64,000 bases of DNA from Bugula neritina (Eukaryota; Animalia; Bryozoa), in NCBI GenBank assembly GCA_964035545.1, contig OZ037765.1:930001-994000 (forward strand), written 5' to 3'. Shown here one piece after another: positions 1 through 14,359 of this stretch; positions within the stretch are counted from its first letter, which is position 1; every line of letters starts with the position of its first letter. The notes under the pieces are model-generated. The model ran no database searches. It was not told the origin of the DNA and was given only the letters and a program-made list of their open reading frames with translations. A program made the translations under genes and the position numbers.

Positions 1-2712
1 TTGTTTAAATATATCACCAGAGATATTGCTTTTTCTTGACTTGTATTTGAAAGTGATGGTTAAATTGAAATTTAGCAAAACAACCATTTAAATTTAATCT
101 AAAAACATACGTTTACTATTCTAAATTAGCATCAGCTTTGCTATAACCATTAGGCTTTCAATATAATTAGCAATAAAATATTAGTATAAATAAAATACCA
201 ACTTCAACTTTAACTTCAAATTCAAATTAAACTTTTGTCATTCACTCAGTGATACTGATAGTCATCCAAACTTTATATCAACATAGTGATTATCATCGTG
301 ACTTTCAAACTCAATGGAAAATGTGATTGTGGCTAAACTTAAGCCTGGCGTTTTCAAAAGTCATACTAATATAATTAGGATATTCATATTAATATTGTTA
401 CACGTATTGCTAATTGAATTTGACCATCCTTATCACTATGACTATTAATTTTATAGTTAATTTTATCATTATAATTTTACTATTTAAATATGAAGGAAGT
501 GAAATTTTATTAGCAATTATTATCATCATGATTATTGTAAACTCATGAATAATAATTATAATGATAATAACGATGCTCACTTCAACTTGACTATGATATC
601 ACATTTTGATTGATCTAACTTTATAATAACATTAATATTAATAATCATCATGACTATATCTATAAGTATAAGTATATCATTATAAAATTATTATTATGGG
701 GTCATAATGATAATTATAATGACGATGATCATCAGCGGCATTAAATTTAATTTTAAAAATAAATTTAATAATTTAATTTGAAGCAGCAAGTCGCAAGGGC
801 AAGCCGCAAGGCCAAGTGCAACTCACTTTACAGTTTACTATTAGTAATAGAGTAATACTCATCAAATAGTAATACTAGTACTAATATTAACAATAAATAA
901 TACTATTTTACTTTTACAGTAAAACTTTTACTTTTAGTATTTACTATTACTAACACTAATAGTATTACTATTAGTACTACTATTTTTATTTAATATTTTA
1001 CTTTTACTATTTAAATTTCAACTAGAAACTCAATACCAGGTGTAAGTTACACGATTCTTAGTCTTACTGTAATATACCAAGCTGCTGTTAATAAATAAAC
1101 TGATATTAAATGAATTGGGCATGTCATAATTAATACTATCGTCATAAAATAAAATAAATTATATTAATATGTTTATATATATTACCGCCATGTTGGGCTC
1201 TTTTTAGAATAAAGTAAAAAAATTGAAACGATAAGTAATAACCAGTAAATCTAGCATTTTGTAAAATATTTTTATTGAGGGTGATTAATTGTTGCACGCA
1301 TTGAAACAAAATTGACTAGTTATAGCTCATATGTTACATTTACGAAAGGGAACAACTTCTAAGTTTATATTTCAATGGTTAAAATAATAATGAAATTATT
1401 TCTTTATTTGATTTGGCTGTCAGATTATAACAATTTGTATATTGCAGTGACTTTGTATTTATAAAGCAACAGTTGGAGGCGCTTCAAAAGAATGCAACTT
1501 TTTTGACTTGTCACCAATAAAAATAAGTTGAATAATTTCATATTTTGCGGTTGTTTCCTCCCTATATCTAGAGAGCAGATAATTTCTTATATTAACGATA
1601 TGATATTATCGCTTAGTTTTTGAGTAACCAAGGCACCTGCTGTAAATGGTAGATGGTGCTTAGCTCATAACAAATCACGTCACTGGAAAATTTTTTAGAC
1701 TGTTCCCATTTATCAAGTGAAGTAAATTTGCAAAGTAAGAACTTTTCAACCATGTACTATGATGATTCCAGTTTTAGTGGCAAGTGATGATATATTTTCC
1801 ACTTGTAGTTTTCTTTCATTTTAGTTTTTCAATTCAAAATAGTTGATACAGTTTCTAACCAAAAGGATTAAATTGATGAAGCTGTGCATACATGAGCATT
1901 GAAATTTAACGAAGTTATCAGCCAAGCGTATGTGAATGTAAAACATTTTTTACAGTAACCACCATTTGAGTGCAAGTTTATAAGCTAAGTATAGTACATA
2001 ATATTACATCAAGTATATGCACACACTATATATATAGTCTTAAATTATATACAATAATGTATAACAGATTTGTTACACATGGCAATAAGTTTTATTCAGC
2101 AGGTTCAAAGGTATTACCTGCATGTACAGGATTTGTAACAATATTATCTTGCAGTAGAATTATTTTCCTATCAAAGTTTGATAAGAAGGAGTAGTTAAGA
2201 GTTATCTTTTCTTGAATGCATACCTTGTATATTATAATTTATAAAAGCAGTGCGATATTATATATTATTCTTGTGTAACAGTGGTTTGTGTATTAGCTTT
2301 TGAAATACTAGTTTGTATGATAAAATTGAAGATTAGGGTTGATTACAGTTTATATGTTTTTATTTACATTTTCCACACAAATGTTTTTACTTTTCATTCT
2401 ATAAGCAACCATAAGTTGTAACAAATTAAAGCTTACTAAGCCAAACACACCCAAAACGGTTTAACTAAAAAATTTGTACAATTTTAAGCATAAGGAATAA
2501 AAATATATCTATTTAGCCTGTGGCCTACACTCAAAAATAGTTTCAATTTTAGAGTGTGTTTCACAGACTAAATAAGTTATAAATTAGTAAATAAGCTTTC
2601 AGTCTAGTCTTAATCATATGAGCCAGTAGCTGTGTGGTAATTGTTCGTTAGAGCTAAGGCTAACTGGATGATTATCTGCTGGGATGGAATATTCTAGATT
2701 AAGCTGACTAAG

Positions 2713-3664
2713 CTAATGGTACGTCTGGTGAATCACTGAGCAGCTTCTGTAAAATCAACATAGAATAAATATTTAGTTGTGTAGAGAAATTATGTACTTG
2801 CATCATTATACCGGAGAACCGGTAGAAGAGTAGCAAAAACCAAAATGGCATTCAGAACTGAAGGAGGATCAGGAGGGGTCAAGGCTAAAATATATCAGAT
2901 TAATTTCATTGCTACTTTAAAAATAAAGAAAATTATAAGAAGTTTTTAAAAATAAGTTTTTAAAAATAAGAAAATTGCAACTAAACTAGGGCATTATATC
3001 GGAAGTTATTTGAAGCACTGGGGGAAGGCTAGTGGTGAAGGGAGGGGGTGGACTCACGTGTGGGACAGTCATGACAGTGACCTTGGTGGTCAGTTCCACA
3101 CTCATCTTTTGTGTCACACTCATGGGACTCGCAACAATTCTCTGGCAGATAATATTCGTAGAGAATGACTGACCAATTCAACATGGTAAAACGCAACATT
3201 ACTTGTGAAATGGAAAAACTTGAGAAGCAAAGTGGGAGTTGTGTTTACTTACTTTTTTTGGAACAGCAATCTGACTTGCATCCTTCACAAGTGCAGTCAT
3301 CCTTGCATTTGCATTCCTCTCCGCAGCATGGTGGTACTACATTAGGATTTAGAAAAAAAATGAAAATTTACAACCATTACAATGCCTGTAATATAAGCCA
3401 ATTCCTATAATTGTAGTTTTTGTAGATCATGTTTATACACTCATGATTAATAAATTATCAAAAAGACGGGATTAACATTCTAATTTCATTAAGTTCACCA
3501 TAACTGAAAATGATAATTTCCGGGCTTAAAATATCTGTTTGAATTAGAAAGTTTATCACTTGAACTATAGTACTTAATTTTTGAGTTCTACATTTAAATT
3601 ATTGGAAAGGATAATATACTCTTAAAAAGAATTGTAATCATAACTTACCATCATCGAACTGCAT
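2713..3664 (-). CDS. Metallothionein-like protein, modular (3' exon usage uncertain)
   Basis: Exon 3664-3649 (caacATG; MQFDD-). Exon 3336-3253 (VPPCCGEECKCKDDCTCEGCKSDCCSKK, 9 Cys). Exon 3141-3058 (KNCCESHECDTKDECGTDHQGHCHDCPT, 6 Cys and 4 His). All three junctions are GT-AG, phase 1. Candidate 3' exons: one starting at 2884 (PLTPPDPPSVLNAILVFATLLPVLR...) and one starting at 2746 (stop at 2733 or 2713 depending on frame). A TATA box and an MRE lie upstream. Confidence 0.85.
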
Positions 3665-3760
3665 GTTGAAAAGAGTTGGTTAGCCGGCTTGTACAGAGAA
3701 AGATATAACGTATTCTAGCTGAAGACAAATAACTGTAATAAGGCTGTCCGCGGACCCTCG

Positions 3761-3894
3761 TTATATACCACAGCAGATGTGAGGCCTCGCAAGGTGGCCA
3801 TAATAGTTTCAATAGATATCCGAGAGAAAAATCTAGGAAAGCAGGCGAACTATCAATATCTAACGCAACCATCAAGCTGTAGTTTGCGTGTGCA
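3761..3894 (-). promoter_or_regulatory. Metallothionein promoter: TATA box and metal response element
   Basis: TATATAA on the minus strand at 3767-3761 and an Inr-like CAGTT about 30 nt downstream (~3735). TGCACAC, matching the MRE core TGCRCNC, is on the minus strand at 3894-3888. Confidence 0.65.
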
Positions 3895-4854
3895 ATAGCG
3901 ACTACGTGATGTAGTCTGCCGATAAAGCTCTAACCATAGTTCTCGAATCTTACATTATGGCTGGGTCGGTGACACACTCACACACTATAGAATTATAACG
4001 TTCAGTCAGCTTAGGCAAAAGAGGAGCTAAAAGGAGCATTCTTTTGCTGCGCTAGTTTCATACAGTTTACAGGGTGATCTTGATGGTCCTCGCAATAATT
4101 CAATTTAGAATTACTAAGGCTATGACAGTGTTGCGAAATTATGGCAAATTGCCATAAACCTCAATAACATAAAGTTGTGTCATGTTACAAAATATGAATG
4201 GAATTCAACTGCATGTTTACAAAATGCTGGATATTCACAGTTACTACAGCGAACTATACTATAATGATGTTGCTACCTTCATCAGTTTGGCTTTATTTCA
4301 GTTTAGCAAATGTGATAAAGATAAAAATACCTCTATCAAATGATTATTGTGTGTAATATACAAAACTACAAAATCAGAAAAAGCTTCAACAAGCAATAAA
4401 TGTAGTCATTAGGATATTTTGCAAGATTGAATTCCAAAACCAACGATTCTGCCAGTTTTGAACCAACATGATTGCTACAAACCCAAGAGTTCGAATAGCA
4501 AAAACTAAATGAATATTGGAGAGTTGTGTTTAAATTTTTGTTAATGAATAAACTCATACTCTTAATCTGAAATATCCTTTCCTAACATACCCTTAAATAC
4601 ACACAAAGGGGAACTAGTGCACTTCTTAAATAATATTGGAATAGTTTTCATTAGTTCATCCACCAAAAAAAAGATCAATATAATGGCACTAAGCAACTCA
4701 TGTTAAAACTTGTTAGTTTCATTTTTAGATAAACAAAGAAGAGTTTGATAAAAATGAGAATAAAACAATTATCTTTTCAGTGAGAGACTTAGTCAGTTAG
4801 TAGAATTACAATACCATGCACAAAGTATTTCGAAATTAAACCCAATGAAATAGT

Positions 4855-5850
4855 TTCTAATAATTTAATCATGAAAATATTTGAAGGTCTGCCAACTCAT
4901 TAAAGGGAGATGTTTTGAATTAGTAGTAGAAGTCAAAGCTGTAGTGGAATGTCAACATGTCTGACACCAGGATGCAAGTGCTTGTAGCTAATAGTTTCTA
5001 CATTCACTGTCACATGACATTATTTCATCTAGTAGAATAATATACACAGCATAGTGAAGAGAATAATATAAGTTTATAATAACACTCACTATACAACTTG
5101 TGGCATCTCTAACGTTACATAAATCACGTACTGCATGTTTATACTATACTAAATTCAACTGCAACTAATTTTGATTGTATACGTATGATTTTCGAAATTT
5201 TATGCACGCGACTGTTTTAATAGTGGGGTGTAAATTTATGCTAAGCAAGAAAACTCACAAATTTGATGCATTTTAAGTTGTAAAAACAAAACAAAAATTC
5301 AAACAATGATGCGAAGCTGCTGGTTATATCAATTAGTTGATCGAAGAAGTGAAACGCATTAGATTAAACTGCTTCCTTGCATGTATAAAGGAAAGCTGAG
5401 GAGCTGTGATAATGTCAACAAACCCACCATGATTCTCTCCTTGTGTGTCTTCTCGGCTTTTTTTAGCAGTTCTTTTTCTCTTACACAGTAAGCAGAGGGA
5501 TTCTATTTTGGATATATAAAAATATTTGTCAGATTATATGAGGGTACAAGCTCAAAGGTCTATTGTGGTAGGTAATATAAAAGAAGTAGAATGCTGGTAT
5601 ATGACTGATGGAAATTTGTGATTTCATGTTCAATGATACGCTTTGAAGGAAGAAAAGCAGAAAAATTAGTCCATATCAATGGAGATACTGCAGTATTACT
5701 TGATATATGCACAACTGACACTCTAACCAAGGCTACAGTTCATAGCTACAGCTGCCAGAGTGGGCAGCAAAGGAAGTCAGCTGGCATATTCAGTTGGTAG
5801 CAGACTGTGCTATAGTACCATATATTAGTCTGAAGTTAAGGGAAGTATAA
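4855..5850 (-). pseudogene. Decayed partial tandem duplicate of the FAM32A 3' region, including a pseudo-exon 3
   Basis: 4855-5112 matches 6497-6745. 5395-5610 matches 7977-8200 (FAM32A exon 3 ELLKKAEKTHKERIM plus flanking intron, with the acceptor disrupted). 5750-5850 matches 9240-9340. The blocks are collinear, with large internal deletions. Confidence 0.8.
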
Positions 5851-6024
5851 ATAATTTTTGTAAAGAAATGATTCAAGTCTCATGGAAACTTTAAAAACAC
5901 ATTGCAGCTCGTTCAAAACATGTTTGTCTTAGCATAAATGGTCATAATTCCAATTGTTTATAGATTTTGAATTTCAGCTATTTTGACAACTATTTCACAA
6001 TTTACTAGCTATATTAACCAGAGC

Positions 6025-6174
<150 letters not shown>

Positions 6175-7681
6175 AGTGTGTTATAGTGTGTTATAGTGTA
6201 CAGGTTACTGCACATATTATTCGTCTACCTAATAATAATTTAGCAGCCCTAAGATCAAACTGCATGCATTGCATATGTAACATTATTTACCAACTACAAT
6301 AGTTTACTTGACACTTTCGAGCCTAATACACACATGATATGATAGACAAGCATATACTATACACACATATACATATATATATATAAGCATTAGATGGTCC
6401 ATTTTTTAATTTTTAGTTTTATTTTGAAAATTTTGCAATAACTAAATTAATGCAAAGCCATTATAATACCACAAAGTGTCTGAAATCGAAACCTTCTTTC
6501 TAATAATTTAATCATGAAAATATTTGGAAGTCTGCCAATTCATTGAAGCAGAGCTGTAGAGGTTAATGTCCTAGAAAAGTGTCCAAATAGTTTGACACTA
6601 GGATGCAAGTGCTTGTAGCTAATAGTTTCTACATTCACTGTCACATGACATTATTTCATCTAGTAGAATAATATACACAGTATAGTGAAGAGAATAATAT
6701 AAGTTTATAATAACACTCACTATACAACTTGTGGCATCTCTAACTATACCAACTTATTTGCTGTTTACAATGCACTACCCTAAATTCAGTGTTCAATTAC
6801 TTTAATTTTGACACTGTTTGTAGGTGTTCATGTTTATTACACTAAGAATGGCCTTTCAGGATAGTCAGTTGTCTATCAAACCCAATTCAAACTATATTCA
6901 GGTATATATCAAACCTAATTCAGACTATATTCAGGTATAAATCATACTGGATTCATTTCTATATTGCAGTAATTTATATTCAGTTACTTATGAAACCAAA
7001 CATTACACTGGAACTAGCTAGATATACTATAAACTAATCGATATCACTTTCACCTCCAACTGCCAAAAAAGAAATTCTTTTAATTCAGTTTTCTTGTACT
7101 TTTCAGTGTTCAGCACAGGGCTGTGTGCCAGCCCATGTTTCTGTGTTTTGGCAATTTTACTAGAAATTTGAAACCTTGCAGACTAAGAATTTGGCTAAAG
7201 GCCAGCTGTCTGATAACATGGGAACAGAGCTACACTGTGCTCACTATGTAAATCAAGTGGGTATAACACAAATTGTCCTGTCAGCTATCCTTCAAGGCTA
7301 AGCTGCCAAATGAGTATTTAAATATTCTGCTATTCAAAGAACATCAATTGTTTCTAGTCTATCAATCATTAGGTCCCAAAACACAATAAAGAATAATCAT
7401 ATTTCAATATATTTTATCATTTAATACAAGTTACATACAATTATAAAAATACAGTTACTAGAAATAGAGTTATGTACAATCACAGTATCAAAACAGACAC
7501 TGACACCCGCTGAGGGAAGGAGTTTATCTGTCAGGAGCCCAGTTTGAGGTCATTGATCAGATCAGCTACACAGATAACAGAGTAGAGCTCAGTGCTCTGT
7601 GAGAATAAACAGTTATACTGATGCTTAGACCTCATTGCGACCCTTTGATACTCTATACAATGACTGAGGGAGCAGTGAACT

Positions 7682-10600
7682 CTACTTGGTCCAACTAACT
7701 TTCGGAATATCATAGTGTTCGGAGAGAGAGTCCAGGTGACTGTTGAAATCCTACAATACACAAACACATCGTAACGTCACAAATTGCGTTCTAAGAATAT
7801 ACTGTGCGAAAGAACTCCAAAATAAATACATTTTGAAATGTAAAAAATCCAAAATAAATACAATTTGAAATGTAAAAACACTTAAAAATCTAAAATTAAA
7901 AAATAATGAGCTGTTGATTACGTCAACTGGTTGAGAAAATATAAAAACATATTAGATTAAGATAAGATTGTATTGTGAAGCTCAGGAACTGTGATAATGT
8001 CAACAAACCCACCATGATTCTCTCCTTGTGCGTCTTCTCTGCTTTTTTTAGCAGTTCCTTCTCTTGCTGTAACACAGTAAACAGACGGATTCTATTTTGG
8101 ATATGAAAATATTTGTCAGATTATATGAGGGTACAAGCTCAAAGTTCTATTGTGATAATATGAAAGAAGTAGAGGGAGGAAATGCTGGTATGACTGAAAG
8201 TGGTATTCTTTGTTCAATGATCAGGCATTGAATTCTGGGTTCGTTTTAGACTATCTCAATACTCAACTGATGGCATAGTGTGTTATTCAGCTGTGGACTA
8301 AGAAATTACCTGAGAGAATAACAAACGATTGTTGAAAGACAGATCTGTAGGAAGAGAAGCCAAGAAATTAGCATTCAGTTACATATTGTTTTTTGTTTCT
8401 CAGCGAAATTACCCACAAAATTATAAATTACTCGGAATTTATATAAAAAACTATAAATGACGTATGCAACAAGCAAGAATCTCTTGAATTTGAAACAAGA
8501 ATGGGAACTGCTATGCAAATGAGCAGTTAAACAAGACTGGCGGAAACACTGCTATGAAATAGGAGAGAATGACCTGAATATTTATGATAATTTGAGCTGC
8601 ACATCCTTTCAAAACAGGGTATACCACCAGCAGATTAAATTCTCAAAGAAAAACATGATTAGAATGTTAATCTATTCACAGAACAATGGTATTACAACAC
8701 AGTGTCTGTCTGTGTGCCTGTCTGTGTATATGTCTGTGTGTCTGTCTGTGTATATGTCTGTATATGTACCCAGGCAGTTTGAATGCATTTTTCTGAGAAA
8801 AGTGGCACCAAATTTCAGCCTGATATTAATTTTTCTGCATTTTTTCACTACTTTGAAGTGTGTAGAGAATTTCTACACATTGGAAGATCATCAAAGAAGC
8901 ATAAATGTAATTTGAAAGAGGTGTGAATATTTTGGACACCATCCAGTGAGGCTGCCTGGTCAGCAAAGTGGATACAGCTGACTTAGATGAAATGCTGCCA
9001 AGTGGTCAAACTTAACCTTCGTTAATAAATCCTTGGAGATACCGCAGTAGTAGTACTCATACATAACTGGCTACAGCTACAGAATACACAACTGGCTACA
9101 GCTACAGAATACATACCTGGCTACAGCTACAGAATACATAACTGGCTACAGCTACAGAATACACAACTGGCTACAGCTACAGAATACACAACTGGTTAAG
9201 GTTACAGAATACACAACTGGTTAGGGTTACAGATGTCATGCTGCCAGAGTCAGCAGCAAAGGAAGTGAGCTGGCATATTCTGTTGGCAGCAGGTTGGATT
9301 GTGTTTGTGCCAGATTAGTCTGAAGTTAAGTGAAGTATAAAGAGAGGAATGGTATGTCTTGAGAATGGAAAATAATGCTGCCTTATTGCCAACATGCTAC
9401 ATAATGCTGTCTCATAGCCAACATGTTAAACAATGCTGCCACAATGCTGTATTGATGCTGCCTTGGCATCTTGGCTCTTTACCAGACACTACAGAAAATT
9501 ACTAAAGAATGTCATCTTCTGTCTCTACTCCAGCAGTAGACAAAAAACAAACTAATTTGGAAGGTGGTCAAATAAACACATCTGGATCAGTAGACAGCCA
9601 ATAGGTCTACGTGTCTCTCTGTAGGATCTTTCCATGGCTGATTTACCTTTCTGCATCCCAACTTATATCAGAGGTGACAAAGACAAAATCTTCATACACT
9701 GCCCCCCCCCCCTCAAATCAACCTCCTCTTGCAATGGTGGGACTCTATTAAACCACTGAAGAAGTTCAGAGATAGCAACGCAGAACCTGTTACCTACAAC
9801 GACTAGAAGGACTCGGCTGTGAGAATGAAGAGCTACAAGAGCTAGGTGCAGCACTGAGTCTCAATGGGAACTTCCGTGTCAAAATATAACTCTGCAGCTG
9901 AGGGAAGAGATGGGATGCAAATAGAATAGAGAGACTACCAGTCTACACAGATATGATCTCTACACAGATATGATCTCTACACAGATATGCTGCTGAAGAT
10001 ATGCTGCTAAAGATATGCTGCTAAAGATATGCTGCCGAAAGGTCAATATCTAACTGGTCAGCCGCACATAGAAACATCGACAGCGTTGGATGTCTAACCC
10101 AACTATTAGAGCAGAATGCAAGCCCGACTGTCCAGGGAGAGATGAGTATTCAGTCAATAGAAAATGTCCAAGATGGAGACTTGGGGGCGTGTCACTTAGT
10201 GAAATAGTTAACCTCAGTGTCCAGTGGCAAAGCAAACCTATGAGGGGCTGTCCCATTGAACCTGTCCATGAGCTAGACTATGGCCCGAGCTGAAAGTCAT
10301 TGGGGTTTCTGTGCCACAAGTAAAACACTTTACCATTATATCAACATTTAGTTTAAATTAAATTTTAGCAGGGAGTGAGTAACTTGAAGCCAATGTATCT
10401 ACAATAATTATACATGTTACTAGTCAGTACATGTTGGAATAACACGCTAGATTACTTGACTACAAGAATTACCTTTTGACGCTTAGCTTTCTCGAATGCC
10501 AGTTCGGCTGACGTCTTCCGTTTAGTTGGTTTATACTCTGTAGCCTCATTCTCAACTTCCGCTTCCTCTCTTTTCTTCTTTTTCTCTTTCTTATGTTTCT

Positions 10601-13154
10601 TCCTGCAGTACAATACAAAAGCTTGGCTAGTCACAAGTCTGTCAGAGAAATACTGAGCTGCCTTTATTCTATGCATACTACAAGTAGGTGCAGTAATCTC
10701 AGCCCCCCCCCCCCAACCAACATTCATTAGGAAAATTAAAGAATTTACTCTAAATGGCTTTACTAGCACTAGTAACATTCGTATTTACTAAACATTAAAA
10801 AAATTACTTTACCCTTAAAAAATGATTTTTATTCGTTACAAATTTTTAAATATCTACCAAATAGCTTTGCTGTTTACAAAACAAAAGAGATAACCTAGAT
10901 TGGTGAAAGATCAGAGACTAGCTTGTAACAAACTGATTCAAAACAGAAAATTCAAACCGAAACAGAATGATTTTGAGTTGGCAGTCATCATACTAAGAGA
11001 GAAATGTAGCAGAAGGTAGTAGAAAAGAGGAGAATACTCCTATAGGGGTGAGTACCCTCTGGAATCCTATCCACAGAACTGGGGTACAAAGTGCAGAAAA
11101 ACAAGTTCAACTCTTGCCAACTATTTCATTGCTGATTGTCATATGCAAAGCAGGTTAATTCATTATTTATATTTTCATTCATTGACTAAAGGGTAAACGT
11201 TATACCAAAACACCACCATGGCTGTCCTGGCACAGCACACCCAGGGAGAATATTCAGCATGATTGATATGAGTTGAAATATGCATTACTTTTAGAGCAAC
11301 ACCCTAATTCAACCCAGTAATCTATAAAATCTATACAAAAATAAGTAAACTACATGAAGAGTAATTTCACAAGAAAATACAAAGGTAGAAAAACTAGTTT
11401 TAATAGAAGCTGGTGAAGTAGACAGGTGTGCAATGTAGACAGGTGTGCAATGCAGGTATACATGTGCATTAATATACAAAATATATTGTTACATAACACC
11501 AATATGTGCTTGTATATTCACACTATATAACATTTGCTACTCGTGAGTATATTGTGTTCTAATGAATATAATGAATAGATATTAGAGTATATACACAAAC
11601 AAAGACAGGAAATGCTGTTTCCTGTGGCTGTTATAAACTGCTGACTTTGTGGTATTTATGAACTCTGATTTAATATGTTAACCTGTCACTCCCAAATGTC
11701 ATTTCAGAAGCACTCATATCTGGACAGCATCATTTCTATCATTTACTGAGTTTAAAAGGAAAAATTTGGCAAAACAATTTTATTGTGAAAGCAATTTGGC
11801 GGGCAAGCTGATTCAACATTAGAAAAGGAACTTGTCCAGGAAATGCATGGCATAGTATTCCAACATCTTAGTACAGATCTAAATCACTGTGGAATTTTCC
11901 ATCCCTCCATCAAGACTATTATTATTAAAAACTTGCTACTACACTCAGTAACAACAGAAACTGGATATGTGGTGTTTGGTTAGCTGGGCATGGCTTGATG
12001 TTATTTGCTATTTATAAATAAATATATACGAATTAGTACTGTGATTTTCCATACTTCCTAGATATTAGTTTTCACCATTCTACTAAGGATACCCCTAGTT
12101 ATATTCTTATTAAATGTAGTGCATTCATTTGATGAATTCATTTCAATCCTTTTCAATGTTGAGTGATTGCAGAAATCATGATCCGGTGAAAATAAATGCG
12201 AGAGGAAATAGCTTTACATCTAGACATCAGCACCAAAACTATTGGCATAGAAACCATTCTCCACTACCATAAAAGTATGCCTTACAAGCAGTGGATTACA
12301 GTAACTTGATAATTTGTTAATTTGTTCTCAAAATTTAGACTAAATATTAATATATCAAATAGCTATAATGATAGTTATACTGTTATGACTTTACACTCGT
12401 TACAACTTGATGGTGGTTATAAAACCTGTCATTGACCTGCTTAGACACTGTTTATATATTCTAGTGCAGTGTCAGTCACATTGACATCTCCTGGTAGCAC
12501 TTGCTGCAGCTAGTCAAGACCAGTTGACAACCTTAAAGGTGCCCCAAATTGCTGGCATGTGGCCAGGAGAGTTGACCAGAGATCATAGTGGTTAGCAATT
12601 TCAAAGACAAGCATGCATTCAACTGTTTGTGGAACTCATTACCTACAATTACTTTCACAAAGATAATGCTTTTGAAGTTGATGAGAAATTAAATCAAGTC
12701 CAGCAAGCTGTAAATTTAGAGAAGAGAAGCAGATGAGATGTAAACAGGCTTGACAGGCCCCAGCAAGTGCTACTATCATGTTGGTATCTTTCATAGTTTC
12801 CATTACTTCTTCTGATTCTGGAGTTGTGTTCTGTTGGTTTGGAAATCAAAATGACCAAAACTAGGAATTTAAATTAGTTTCACTGCAAGAAATCTTTCAA
12901 ATGTCCACTTTAAGTAAAAATAGAAAGTAACAAGCTAAAAAAACACTTAATCACAAAAAACAGCCCATTATATCAGAAGAGAAAAGCTGACAGAGTAGAA
13001 AATTGTCAAGGTTTCTAGTAACTATAGTAAAGTGAGTTATTCCTAAGCCCTCTCCCTACTCATACTGTGTAAGAAATTAGGCTATGCTGACTTACTTAGA
13101 CTTAGAGGCCGACTTTAGCTTGAGAGCACCTCCTGCTGATGTGTATTCGGACAT
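7682..13154 (-). CDS. FAM32A: Protein FAM32A (103 aa)
   Basis: Exons 13154-13096, 10602-10473, 8066-8013, 7750-7682; GT-AG, 312 nt. MSEYTSAGGALKLK...KTSAELAFEKAKRQKQEKELLKKAEKTHKERIMDFNSHLDSLSEHYDIPKVSWTK*. The C-terminal EHYDIPKVSWTK is the FAM32A signature. An acceptor near 13169 implies an upstream non-coding exon. Confidence 0.95.
9060..9232. repeat. 25-nt minisatellite (atacacaactggctacagctacaga), about 7 copies
   Basis: Tandem copies visible directly, in FAM32A intron 2. Confidence 0.9.
9941..10036. repeat. Adjacent short tandem repeats (ctacacagatatgatct x3; aagatatgctgct x3-4)
   Basis: Visible directly. Confidence 0.8.
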
Positions 13155-14359
13155 AGTGGAAGCAACTCCTAAAACACAGACAACAAACAAGTGGGAACAC
13201 TATACTATACTATACTATGTAGAGGTCAAACTAACTACCTTTGCCCTTACTACATTGTGCCAAGATATTTTCTACAACTAAGTTACAGACTTGAGACTAG
13301 TTTATAGTTCTGCAGACACTCCATTTATCAAATATAACTCAGACTAAATATAATTCTCACGGGGATAAGTTTACACAACTGCTGATTTATAACCCTTCAA
13401 TTATAATTCAGTGTCATAGTAGGGACTGAGACCATCGGCTGTGATTATATAATCCAGAGTGTATATCAATCAGCATGCCCCATAGACTGATAGGTGTATA
13501 AGTCCTATACGCTGACAGGTGTACCAAGACAAGTGGGTGCTCAAGGCACAGTGAGATGTGATATGCCCCACGACCCTAAACTTTTTCAGAAAATATCTTT
13601 GGTTTAAGAGTGAAACTCAATGCTTGATATTAGCAAATTAAATAGTGTTTGAATGGAAGGATGAATTCAAGTGGACAAACATAAATATTATTAGTCTAGA
13701 AATATGCTATTTTAAACTAATATGTAGCATAAAAGTATAAAAATCTTAAAACATAAAGAGTAGTTTTCAATAAAATCAGTCTGAGACTTTTATTATTAAA
13801 ATGTACTTCCATTTCACAAGACTCCGTAGAATTAGTGATCATTATGGGTATTAGCGAGTCATTTATAGACATGAGCAGAGATGTATCTAACTCCAAACTA
13901 TATGCTCGTATCAAAGTAATGAGAAACAGTTTAAATGGAGCAGACTGGGTCAAATTATACAGTGAAATTAAATCAGGAACTAAAATTTAATTTAAATATT
14001 GAAAGGCATGCTGTTTAGTATACAATACCAGACACAGGTATTTTAAAGACAGACAGAAAAACAGATAGACAAACAGACAGACGAAATGATGTAATACAGA
14101 GTTTGGCAACTTGCCAATGAAATGACTAGGAGCTAGATTTATCACAACTAAAAATAGCTGAAAGCAATAAGTGTTAGAACAGCTAATAACAGGATAATGC
14201 CCTCTCAATGATTGACCAATTACAATTAAGGCGCTAAAATTAGTCCACAGCAACAATAAATCCATTGTGAGACAGAGTCAGTAGCCTTTGTATTGGGTAG
14301 ACGGTGGCTACTTTAGACAGCTTCGCCCCAAAGCCTTATGACGACTATTTATGATGCTG

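Noticed and set aside
8400-10300. Coding-like, GC-richer fragments inside FAM32A intron 2 (and at ~11700-12800 in intron 1)
   Set aside because: They are interrupted by stops and show no recognisable motif. They may be decayed transposon or pseudogene sequence, but this needs a translated search.
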